A DNA stretch of 64,000 nt from Rhizaria sp. SCN 62-66 (lineage: Eukaryota): NCBI GenBank assembly GCA_001724265.1, contig MEDY01000121.1, positions 1 through 64,000 of the forward strand, given 5' to 3'. Below are positions 39,603 to 51,600 of the stretch, piece by piece; within the stretch, counting starts at the first letter, position 1, and every line of letters begins with the position of its first letter. The notes below the pieces were generated by a model, which searched no databases, was not told the DNA's origin, and saw only the letters and a list, made by a program, of their open reading frames with translations. The translations under genes and the position numbers were made by a program.

Positions 39603-40405
39603 TCACTGTCCCTGGAGCTTGCGCGCGGCGGCGAGCATGGCCTTGAGGGCGGCAAGCCACTTCTGGTTCCCGTCGATGTGGTTGCGGATCAAGTTGCCTA
39701 CGTGGGCGTTGGCGCCGGCGTAGTTATATTGTGCGGTGGCCTGCGCGGCGGCCACGACCTCGGCGCGGGCCTCAGGCGCGAGCGCCATAATGCGCGGGAA
39801 GAGCGCGCCCAGCCCGGCGCGGTGGTGCGGCATCTGGCGCGCCTCGGCCTGCGTCGCCGGGTTGGCCCCCAGCGCGCCCTCCAGGTTCGTCGCCAGACCC
39901 TCGAACGCAGCCTTGACGTGCTGCGCCTCGGCGTCCAGCTCCACCACGGCGGGCGCCATCGCGGGCACGGGCGTGGGCGCCGCGGCGGGCGCGGGCGGCA
40001 GGTGGCCAGTCAGCCCGGCGCCCGCGGCGGTCGCGGCGGCGGGGGCGGGCGCGAAGCCCGTGGGGGCCGGTCCAGACGCGGGGGCGAACGACGACATCGT
40101 CGGGCCCTGCTGTTGCTGCGGCTGGTACTGCGGGGGCGCGGCGGCGGCGGCGGGCGCGGGGGCCATGGAACCGACGGGGGGGCCCGAACGGCCGCTGCCG
40201 AAGTTGCTCAGCACAGGCGACACCGCCGCCTGCTGCTGCTGCTGCTGGGGCTGGGCGCCGTAGGGACCGGCGGGGGCGCCGTAGGAAGCCTGCTGCGGCG
40301 CGCCGTAGGGGCCGGGGGCGGGCGCGGCGGCGGCGGCGGGGGCCGGAGCCATGAAACCGACGGGGGCGCTGCGGCCGGCGACGTTGGCAGAGGCGGGGGC
40401 GCCGA

Positions 40406-40440
<35 letters not shown>

Positions 40441-43400
40441 GGGGGCTGGCCGTAAGGGGAGTAGTTCTGCTGCGGCTGCTGCTGGGGCTGGGCGGGCGCG
40501 TAGGGGTTCTGGTTCGGGTTGTAAGCACCGGGGTAGCCGCCGCCATACTGCTGCTGTTGCTGCTGAGCCTGGGCCTGGGCCTGGGCCTGGGCCTGGGCCT
40601 GGGCCTGGGCCTGGGCCTGAGCCTGAGCCTGAGCCTGGGCCTGAGCAGCTGCGGCAGCCTGGGCCTGGGCCTGCTGCTGCTGCCACTGCTGCTGCTGCAG
40701 GGCAAGCGCCTGCGCCTGAGCTGCGGCCTGCGCCTGAGCCTGAGCGGCGGCCGCGGCGGCGGCAGCCTGAGCCTGCGCCTGCGCCTGAGCGGCGGCCTGC
40801 GCTGCCTGCGCCTGAGCCAGCGCCTGCGCGCGCGCGTGCGCCTCGGCGGCGGCGGCGGCTTCGGCGGCGGCGCGCTGCTGCTGCTCGTAGGCGAGGCGCT
40901 GCTGCTCGCGCTGATACCAGCGGCCGTCGATGCCGACCTCGACGGGCTGGAACGGGAACGGCGGCTGGGGGTAGTACTGAACGAACTGGCCCTTGACCTC
41001 GTTGGTCTGCGCCATGAACAGGCGGTCGGCCAGGATCGCCAGCGCGTGGTCGGACGCGGGAGCCACCGTCGACACGACGCCCTCCTGGACCTAAGGAGGG
41101 ACACGGTTGCGATAGAAAACAAAAAACCAGAACAGAGATTATAGTGAGAGAGTCAGCGATTGCATCTCAGAATTGTAAGAAATGAAGTGAATTAATATGG
41201 GTGAGAATGCCATTAAGTCGCTTGATTATTAATATTATTTCGATTTCGATTGCGTATGATAGGCGCGAGATATTTCGCAATTTGCGCGTGGCCCGTACCT
41301 GACGAAGGCACTGGAGGAAGTGCAGCGCGGCGGGGAGCGCGCCCTGCGAGGCCAGCAGCCCGACATACTCGGCGTACACACCCGACAGCAGCGAGGAGCG
41401 CAGCTGGCCGGGGAACGTGCGCACGAACGCCGTGACCTTCTCGATCGTCGCATGAAGGTCCTGCGAGTTGGAGCTGGAGCCAGCAGCGCCAGAGTGACCG
41501 GCGCTGGCGCCGGCATCCTTGCGCTCCTCACCGGCGCCGGCGCCGGCGCGCGCGGCGAAGGGCCCGTTGGCGAGCGCGGGGACGGTGGTGAGCAGAGTGA
41601 TGACGGCGTCGACGTTGCCGCACGACATGGCGACTACGAGTGCGGGCAGCGCGAACGGCGACTGCGCGCCGTGGGCGCCCGCGGCAGCGCTGGAGCCAGA
41701 GCCGGTCGAGGGCGCCGAGGCGGCGGCGTGCTGCGAGTGCGCGCGCTGGAGCTTCGCGCACAGGGCCTCGGCGAAGGGCACGAAGCCACCCTAGAAACGT
41801 GAGATAAAATGCAGGAGTAAGCAACGGGTTGAGTGGAGTCAAAAGACAAAACGACATATTGCGAGATAGAATGCGAGATCTAACGCGAGATAATAAAAAA
41901 ATACGTTCCACGTGAATTAAAAAAACAAATTATTATCTAGTTTGTCTAGTTTATACGATGAACGAAACTATTAAAGCAAGAGAGGAGTGAAGGAAGTCGT
42001 ACCTGGGGGGGCGCGTAGGAGAGAATGAGCGCGAGCGTCTGGCGCCAGTCCTCGGGCCGGCTGCCGTCAACCATGCGGCCCAGGTCCGAGTCCAGCACGC
42101 CGGGCACGACGTCGCGGAAGAAGGCCTGGCCGTGCGCGCTGAGGTACTTGTGTTTGGCCTGCGCCCACAGCTCGGCGCCGCCGCGCGACGCGAGCAAGAT
42201 GGCGTCGGCGGGGCGGTTGGCCTCGAAGCACAGCGCAACGGCGCGGTCAAACTGGCCCAGCACCACGGCCTTGCGGATCGCGTCGTCGAGCGAGCTGTCG
42301 ACCAGCGCACTGGCGGACACGGGGGTAACGAGCAGGCCCTGGCTGTTGCGCTTGGGCTCGGCGGCCTGGCGGGCCGCGGCGGCCTTGGCCTCGGCGTCGG
42401 CGGCGGCGCGGGCGTCCGCCTCGGCCTTGGCCTTCGCGGCGGCCTCAGCGGCGGCCTTGGCCTCGGCGTCAGCCTTGGCCTTGGCCTCAGCAGCAGCCTG
42501 AGCAGCCTGCTCCTAAAGATGCGGAAGAAAAAATGAAACATAAGAGAAAGTCAGATTGAAATGAAAAAAATATTATTTTCATCGAAAAACAATAAACTAG
42601 CATATATTGATTGTTTTTGAAATTTAAGAGATCATATCATTGTCATTTTGCGTCGTATATAGCTGAAACGTACCTGAGGAGAGAGGGAGAGGCCGCCGAA
42701 GAGGTCCTCGGCGCTGGCGGCGCCGCCCAGCAGCGAGTCCAGGTCAAAATCGGACCCGCCGGCTGCAGCAGCGGCGGCAGGGGCCGCACTACTGACGCTC
42801 TCAGTCGCACCGCCGTTGTCGGGGACACTGATGTTGCTGTTGTTGTTGCTCAGCGCGTCGGCAAGCGAAGGCAGCGCGTTGCCGGAGTCCGGGCCGTAGC
42901 CGAGCTCGGCGAGCAGCGCGGGCGTGAGCCCCTCAATCCCGTGGCCCAGCAGCGCCATGACGCGCCATTGCTGCGCCTCGGTTTTGTCCCCCGCGGCCTC
43001 GGCGGCGGCCAGACGAGCGCGGACGAGTCCGGCCCAGTCGCCGCTCGCCAGGTATGACTGGAAGACATTCGACAGCGCCAGCACGGCCGCGTCGGCCGAC
43101 ATCGAGTCGATGAAAAGCTTGGGGGCCTTGTTCTGGATGCACGCCGCGTCCTTGAAGGCGGCGACGGAGCCCTTCTTGGCGGCGGCCGCAGCGGCGGCGG
43201 CGGCCGCCTGCGGAGACGCGGCAGTCGCGGCGGGGGCCACGGTAGTGTTGTCGCGGCCGAACGAGACGATCTTGCCGCCGAAGCCGAAGGTGACGCCGGC
43301 TTTGCGGGCCAGCCACGAGGGCACGTGCGACTTGCCAGTGTTGTGGTACGACTCGATCGTCACCTAAAATGGAACAAATGGAACAATCAATGCAAAAGAA

Positions 43401-45001
43401 AGGATATGATTCGTGAGATATTTGTTTTAGAAATAAGTTACTGTCCAAAATCGCGAGATCAGTGATATTGCAGCGGGATATACGCATCAAAACATCCATG
43501 TTTTTTTTGTTACTTGAGCCTCACGTCACACGTCATGTCCCAGTCAGTATCTTCTCTCTGTGTGTTCGAAACAGCAGCAGCTACACGTACCTTGTTGTCG
43601 TAGGAGGACGACGCGGCCATGCCGGGCGTGTGGGGAGACCAGCGGACGTCGAAGCGCACATCCTGGTGGTCCTGCGAGTGCAGCAGCGCGCCGGACGAGG
43701 CGGACCAGAGACACGTCTTCTTGTCCTCGCCGGCTGAGAGGAGGACTTCGCGGTCAAACGGGGACCAGGCCAGCGACAGGATCGACGCGGAGTGGCCGCC
43801 CTGTGGCAGATAGCAAGATAAAACAAAAGCGTGGAAAGCGACGAGTTATAATAAAACATGTTGGTAAATCAATATAAGACACTTCCAGCAACATTATATT
43901 TCAAAGATACAGCTAAACGCAAGGATAAAGCGCCACTCAGTGCAACGTAAACCACGTTTGCATCTCTACATATCGATAATCACAGCGAGCATGAACATTA
44001 CATACCTGGAGCTTGTGCATAGGCTTCATGGCGTTGCGCAGGTCCCAGATCTCGGCGACCGGCGAGCCGAAGTAACTAACGCCGAAGACAACGTCGTCGC
44101 CGCAGACGAGGCCGCTGGTGCGCTGCGCGACGTGGCTCGAGGGACGGAAGGTCGCGATGGAGCGTTTCTGGCGCAGGTCCCAGATAGTCGTCTCGCCGGC
44201 GTCGGTGGAGGACGCCAGCAGCTGCAGCACCAGGGGATGCCAGGCAACCTGGCGCACGGCCGCGGGGGAGGCCTTGCCGCCCGCGGCGGGGCGCGTGGCC
44301 TTGGGCTCGGCCACGTTGCTGAGATCCCACACCATGACCTCGCCGTCGCTGCCGCCCGAGGCCAGCAGCGTCGTGTGGCTGGGGTGGAACTCGATTGCGT
44401 TGACGGCGCCCTTGTGCAGGTCTGCGCGCGCGAGGGGCTGGGCCGTCGCGCCCGCGGGGGTGGACGCCTTGAGGATGGCGTCGGCGGACCAGAGGTTAAG
44501 GCAGCCGTCGACCATGCCGCCCGCGATGAGGCCGAGCGGGCCGTGAGTGGTGGACGTGCCCCAGGCGATGGAGCTGAAGGCGTCCTTGACAGTGACCTGG
44601 CCCAGCAGGCGCGGCGTCGGGGAGGAAGTGCCCGAGACGGCGTCGTAGATCTCGAGTGCGGACTTGGTCTCCAGGGACGTGACGTCGATCTGGCCAGAGA
44701 TCATGCCTGCGGACGGGCAGCAGGGCACGCAAAAGCGACGGGATTAGGCGAAAAAAGAGTGAAGGGACAAGGAGGAATCAGAGGAGAAGATAAAAGAGTG
44801 AGTGCAAGAAAAGACAACGAAAAGTGGGAGTCACGTATGGAAATGATGTGACAAAGAAAACTTTGAGAATGGCGAAGAGTAATGAGTGTGAAACGAAGAT
44901 CGCACGGGTGTAGGAGGAAACGTACCGCAAGCAAAGACCGTCTTCTGAGACGATTGGGGGCACCAGGCCACCCTACCAGCGCGATCAATCTGCTTGAGCA
45001 T
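39603..45001 (-). CDS. SEC31: COPII outer-coat protein SEC31
   Basis: Seven exons: 45001-44926, 44706-44006, 43800-43591, 43363-42674, 42512-42003, 41790-41299, 41090-39603. MLKQIDR start, WD40 propeller (GLIAGGMVDG, LLASGGSDGEVMVWDL, IWDLRN), VPSWLARKAGVTFGFGGKIVSF, ACE1 region ADAILLASRGGAELW..WRQTLALIL, Pro/Gln-rich linker, C-terminal helical domain KWLAALK; stop TGA. Confidence 0.95.
40567..40644. repeat. (GCCTGR)n hexamer repeat, encodes Ala-Gln in SEC31
   Basis: Tandem GCCTGG/GCCTGA units. Confidence 0.9.
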
Positions 45002-45623
45002 GAACGCGTGTCTACAAGCACAAACGCAATGTTGAGAAGTCAAAAGCAGAGCGAAGCAAGTTAGTGGGGAGTGAGGAGGAAGACTGATCTGACGTGGTGC
45101 GTCAGCAGAAGGCGAGTGCTGGGTCATGCGAACAATGACGCGGATACACGCGACCATTTTGCTCTCTTGCAAAATTTCAGCAATAAAGCGAAAAACAAAA
45201 CGAAGCGTTCTCCACGCACAGGATATCACTTTCGAAATAAACTGACTTTGATCCCAAATCTCCCCATCTCAACTTTCACTCACATCCCAACACAACCAAG
45301 CAGAGAGTGAGCGATTTCGATTCGACTCGCCCAAAGACAGCCAGCCGATCCAGTCTGGCTCAGTCGTTGATCAGACTGGCTGACCGAGCCCACGGGAAAA
45401 TCAAGCCGCCCACTCGCAACCCCCGAGGCGAATCAGAATCAGCAGAGCTGCGGGTGATTTGTTCGCGGAAATCAAATTAGGCATTTATTTTTGCATGGTC
45501 TCGTTCACTTTGTAGCTAACTTATATCTTCATACCCGCTATATTCACACCTGTGTGTTATTCGCCTGCGATTTTAGTGCGACTGGAGTGACGCTCTGTCG
45601 ATACACTTCTGCCCCTCTAAACT

Positions 45624-48600
45624 ATGCCTTCTGACTCCAAGGTAAAGGCTACCAAGGCCGCGGCTGCTGCCAAGCACGCCGCACGCACCGATTCCCCCGC
45701 TGCAGGCCCCACCACGCCCCAGACCACTGCTAACAACAACCCCGAGGGTGCCGCGTCCGCTGCTGCCACTGGAGCTGCCACCGCCGCTGCTCTGGCCCCC
45801 GCCCCCGCCGCGGCCGCTGCGCCCGTCGCTCTGTCCCCCGCGTCCTCGGCCCGCTCCACCCCGCTGGGCCCCGATCCGGCGGCAGGCGAGGGCCACGGCG
45901 CGCCCGCGTCGCCCACGACGTCGTGCTCCTCGTCGCCGCGCCTGTCGGCGGGCGGCAAGCCCGTGAACGGTGCCGCGTCCGCTGCTGCGGGCGGGCCCAG
46001 CGCGCTCGCGCTCGCAACGTCTTCGGCTGACGACACCATCACGGCCGTGGATGAGTACGGCTGGGAAGATATCGAAGAGCCAGAGCTCTGTCTCGAGGCA
46101 CTCGCATGTACGTCGCTACTCCGCTAAGTCATCGCTCACCGAACCCTTTCGCGCTCTCATCATCGGGGCGACGCACCCCGATCGATCTTCCTTTCCAGCT
46201 CCTTGCTACTCTTTGCAATATCAGTTTATCAGCGTGACATGAGTAGCCAACGGCATGTATTTGCTATTCATAGTTATATTTTCTCACCTATTCGTTCGAT
46301 TCCACGTAAATATTTTCCCCCAAATTCTCTCCTCGCATCTCCCCCACCCGCACCTCCGTCGCCCTCTCGTTCAACACACTTCTTGCCTCCGACCATGCTC
46401 TTCCCCCCCACCCACAGCCAACGCTTTGCACTCGCACCGACTGGACCGGTCGGCGTCGGTCCGCTGGCGCACCACGGGCGAATGCCGCACCGTGCTCACT
46501 CTGCGCGACTTCTCCTCGAAGGCGCACGCCATGAAGCGCTGCTACATGGGCCGCTCCTTCGCCTGGGCCGGGTACAAGTGGCGCGTCTTCTGCTTCCCCA
46601 AGGGCAACGGCTGCGACTACCTCTCCGTCTTCCTCGAAGCCTGCGACATGCCGCGCGCGGCCCCCGGCGCTGCGCCGCGGCCGCCGCACTATTCTGCGCT
46701 GCGCACGTCGTTCCGCGTCCACTTCAAGTTCACGCTGCTGCACCCGACCGACTACACGCAATCGGTATCGTGCCACGGCGCGCACCGCTTCTCCTGCCGC
46801 GAGAACGACCGCGGCTTCAACCGCTTCGTCCCGCTCAAGCGCCTCTCCACGTTCGTTGAGTCGGACACGCTCGTGCTCGGCGTCCAGCTCGCTGCCAGCG
46901 CGTCTTACGCGTCCCTCACCAACGCCATGTCGCTCTGCTCGCCCATCGCCATCTCGACCGCTGCGGCGGCCGCGGGCGGCAACGGCGCGCTGTCATCGTC
47001 GACGTCGTCTTCATCGCTGGTCTCATCGGACATCTTCGACTCGACCGAGTGCGTCGAGGTCGTTGTCTACACCGAGACGGACATGGTTCTGGCCGCCGCC
47101 CATGTCGCCGCCACCTACGCCGCCGCCTCGGGCGTTCCCATCACGGCCGCCGGCACCTGTGCGCTGCCGCTGCCCGCGCTGCCGCTGCCACTTACGGCCG
47201 CGCAGGCCTCGGCCGTCGCCGCACTCACCCACAACAGCAAGTCCTCGCCCCCCAGCTCCGTGAGCGCCACCTCAAGCAGCTCTAGCAGCTCGACTCTGGT
47301 CGACGCCAGCTCGAGTTCGAACGGTTCCAGCGCGCCAAGCTGCCAGGCAGCCGCCAACGCGCTGGCTCTGCTGGCCACGGTCTCGCCCAACTGCCCGGAC
47401 GTGGCGATCGCCGCCGCCGCCGTGGCCGCCGCCGCCGCGTCCGGCGGCCTGGGCCCGCTCCCGCCCGCCGTCGCCGCCGCCGCCGCGTCCGGCGCCGCCG
47501 CCGCGCTGGCCGCGAACGCGCTGACGAGCGGCAGCGGCAGCGCTGCGGCTGCGGCGGCTGCCGCGGCCACAGACACCGGCGCGCGCCGCCGGCGGTTCGT
47601 GGCGCCGCGCGACGAGACGCTCGCGCGATGGGCGCGCACTGTGGCGGCCAAGGAGCTGGGCGTCCCGCCGCGCCGGCAGCAGTTCTGGCACCTGACCCTG
47701 CGCGAGAACGGCACCGTGCGGCCCAACACGATGGTGCTGGGCACCGCGGCGCCGGTGTTGTCGGCCGCGGGCGGCGGCGCGGCGCACCACTCTCAGCACG
47801 GGCTGGGCGGCGCGCTGTCCCACGCGCTCACGGCCGCAACCACGCCGGGCGTCTCGCCCGCGGCCGCCGCGGCGCTCTCGCCGCTCACGCTCTTCCAGCT
47901 CCACCTCGCCTGCGCCAACGTCAAGCTGTGCCAGCTCGTGCGGCCGCTGGAGCGGCCAGACGCGCAGTCGCACCTGACCATCTATCTTTACCTGCGCGAC
48001 ACAATCGCAGATGACTACAGCTACTTCAAGCTCGACCGGCCGCTCGCGCTGCCCAACAACAGCGCCGGCGCCAGCGCCAACGGGAGCAAGGCTGGTGCTG
48101 GCGCTGCTGCTGCATCTAAGGGCTCCGGGGTCAAGGCCCGCGCTAAGGGCGCAACGGCTAAGGGTGGTGCCCTCAAGGCGCCGTGTGAGGGCGATGGGGG
48201 GCTCACGCAGGGCCAGCGCCGTGCGCGCAAGCTGGCGCTGGCCATGGCCGCCACGGGCGCGAACAGCGGCGGCGAGTCCAAGGGTATCGAGTCGAAGGGC
48301 GGTGAGTCTAAGGGCAAGGGCGCGCGCCGTGCGCTCAAGGAGGGCCTCAAGCCCCCCGGCTCCGACTCTGAGCACGACGATGGCCACGAGGACGACGACG
48401 AGGACGACGAGGAGGACATTGCCGATGATCGCGCCGACGACGACAGCGGTCTTCTGAGCGATGTCGACGAGGACGACCTGGACGCCGACGACGTGGACGA
48501 CGACGGCATGGACGGCGAGTGCTATGCCGGCGACGGCGACGAAGACTACGACGACTGCGTCCACCACAGCGACTCCACCGGCAGCGGCAGCAACGATGAC

Positions 48601-51600
48601 GACGACGACGACGACGCTGACGTCGACGCCACGCTCGACACCACCACCGGTCTCGTCACCACGAAAACCAAGACTGCCAAGGCCGCCGCCAAGCCTAAGC
48701 CCGCCGCGGCCGGCCGCAAGACCAAGGCTCCCACCGCCTCCGCCCCCCGCCCCCACAGCATCAGCAGTGGCAGCGGCAGCGGCAGCGGCGCGCTGTCGGT
48801 CCCTGCGCCGCCGCTGTACACCGTCGCGCCGCCCTCAGTGCTGCTGCTGATCAAGTACTTCGACGTGCCGACGCAGCGCCTGCGCCTGCTGGGCTCGGCG
48901 CTCTTCTACCCCACGATGCCCTTCTTCCACGTCTTCGCAACGGCGCGCTACCTGCTCAAGCGCGCCGACGCCGCCGCCGCGGGGCTGCTGTTCGCGCCCC
49001 CGCCCGCCGCCGCCGCTGCCCCCGCGGCTTCCGGCGCCCTACTCGCGCCCTCCGCCGCCGCCGCCGCCGCCGCTGCCGCTGCTGCGGTCCAGGCCAACGC
49101 GTCAAGCAACAGCGCCAAGTGCCCCGCCCTTTTCCCCCTCGCCTCGGCCGATAGTAACTCTGCCAGTGGCTCTGGCGGCGAGTGGCTTGTGTACGCACAG
49201 GCCTACCTGCAGCTGCGGCGCGCGCTGGAGCTGGCCGCGACGCCAGAGTCGCACACTCACCTTGTCAGCGACAAGGCCATCATCGACAACCTCATCTCGT
49301 TCCTCGTCCCCGCCTCGGCCAACGCCAACGTCGGCACGGGTGCGAACCCAGCGCCCGTCGGCAACAACAACAACAACAGCAAGGGTGCCGCCACTGATGC
49401 AAACTCTATTGCAACGGCTGGTGTTGCCACCGTTGTGAGCACGTCAAACACGAGCTCTATCCCGCACGACTCCGAGCTGCACCTGCTCAACACGGCGCTG
49501 CAGACGCTCTACTTCCTGTCGTGCAACCCGGCCGTGACGGCCACACTGGCGGCACACCCGCTGCTGCTGCCGCGGGTCACCGCCATCGGCTCCATCACGC
49601 CGCCCCCGCCGCCCGCCGCCGCCGCCGCCGCTGGTGGCGCGGCGCCGCTGCCGGGCTCCGCGTCGGCGCCCGGCTCCGCCGCGGCGGCTGCTGCGGCTAC
49701 GGCTGCGGCGAGCTTTGGGCTCCATAGTGAGGACCTGGGTGGCGTGAGCATGAGCGCGGGCGGGACCGAGGTGAGCAGTGACGTCAAGGCCGCCGCCGTG
49801 GCCGCCGGGCGCGACACCGCCCGCATCCTCGCGCTGCTCATCGTCGAGAACCTCTGCTCCCCGCTTCTCAACAACAGCAACACCAGCGGCGCCAACAGCG
49901 CGAACCTCGACACAAGCGCTGCAGGCAGCACCAAGAGCGGCGGCCCGAGCTCCAACGTCAACTCCGTGGGCCTGTCGATGGGACTCGTGGCGTTCGAGGA
50001 GGAGGACATCGCGCGCGGCCGCGTCCACCGCCTCTCGCCGCGCCACTCGATCGCCTCACAGGGGCTCTGCTCGGGCGACGTCGTCGTCGTGCAGCGCGAC
50101 TTCATCGGCCTTACGGGCCCCGGCGCCGCCGAGGCCGGTGTCGGTGTCCTCACTGTCGCCGAGGTCACGTACCACCGCCGCGGCGTCCTCGCCGGCGCCG
50201 GCGCTGGCGCCTCGGGGGCCACGGCCGCTGACGCCTCCGCCGCCGCCGCCGCCGCCCCTGCTGGGACTGCGGGGGCTGCGGGGGCTGCTGCAGCCAGCGC
50301 CGCCGCTGCCGCCAAGAAGGCTCCTGCTGCCGCTGCTGCTGCTGCCGCTGCAAGTAGCAAGGCGCTGGAAGTTAAGTCGCACGCTGCCACGGGCATTGCT
50401 GCGGAAGTCAAACCGCCGCAGATGCCCCCGTCCGCGCTGACGGCCAAGGCGATCGACACCGCGCTGGCTATGTGGGCTCTGCCCTCGGACGGCAACGGCG
50501 GCGGCAACGGCAGCGGCAGCGGCAGCGGCACTCCGGCCGCCGCCGCTAACAATGCCCTGACGCTGACTCACGAGGACGACGGTAGTGCGGCCAAGCCAGG
50601 ATCGGCCGCTCTAAGCACCCCCTTCGACGTGGATGAGTCGGACCCGCTGAGCTCGATCTCGATCGCCAACCTCAACACCGTGGCCGCCGTGCTGGGCGCC
50701 CTCATTGCGTTTAAGGAGCACGCGCCTCCCGCCCCCGCCTCCGCTGCCGCCGCCTCTGCCGCCGCCGCCTCTGCTGCCGCCGCCACCGCGAAGTCGCATG
50801 ATGACGATGACGACGCTGAGGGCGGCTATGACATGGCTAAGGCCAACGCCGCCGCCGCCGCCGCCACAACCACCCTCACTCCAGGCGCTGCTGGCGCTGG
50901 CGCTGGCTCGAGCGGCACCGACGACCCCGTGGCGCAACTGCTGGCCATCGACCCCGCGCTCTACGATGCGCTGGCTGCGATGTCCCCGGCCGACGTGGCC
51001 GAGGTGTGTCTGCACATCAATAGCATTCTCGACCCCTCAACCGCGACGCCGCCCGCCCCCGCACAGCACCAGCAACAACAGCAGGAGGAGGCGGCTAGCA
51101 ACGCCGCCCCCGCCACCACCGTGAGTGACAAGAAGGACAAGAAGGACAAGAAAGACAAGAAGGGCGACAAGGCGGACAAGAAGGACAAGGATGACAAAAA
51201 GGACAAGAAGGACAAGAAGGACACGTCGAGCAGCTCTAGCTCTAGCTCTAGCTCTAGCTCTAGCTCGAATGCCCCCGCGGCCGCTGCCTCTGCGTCTGCG
51301 CCTGCTTCCGCGGTGGACCCCCGCGCGATGTGGATCAGCCTGCTCCGCACGGCCGCCGCGGCCGCCGGGCTGCGCGACTGCGGCTCGGGCTCATACTCGG
51401 TGCAGGAGCTGGTCCGCCTCAAGGACTTCCTCTCGGCGCAGCTCAGCCAGCACCATCACGCGCCCAACCCTCAGCTGCCCGGCAGCGCCGCGGGCGTCCT
51501 CACGGGCCCCTTCCTCGCCAGCGGCCACGCCGGCAGCAGCGGCAGGGCCGGTCCGCACGGCGGCCGCAGGGTGAGTGGCGGCGGCGGCGCCGGTTACGAG

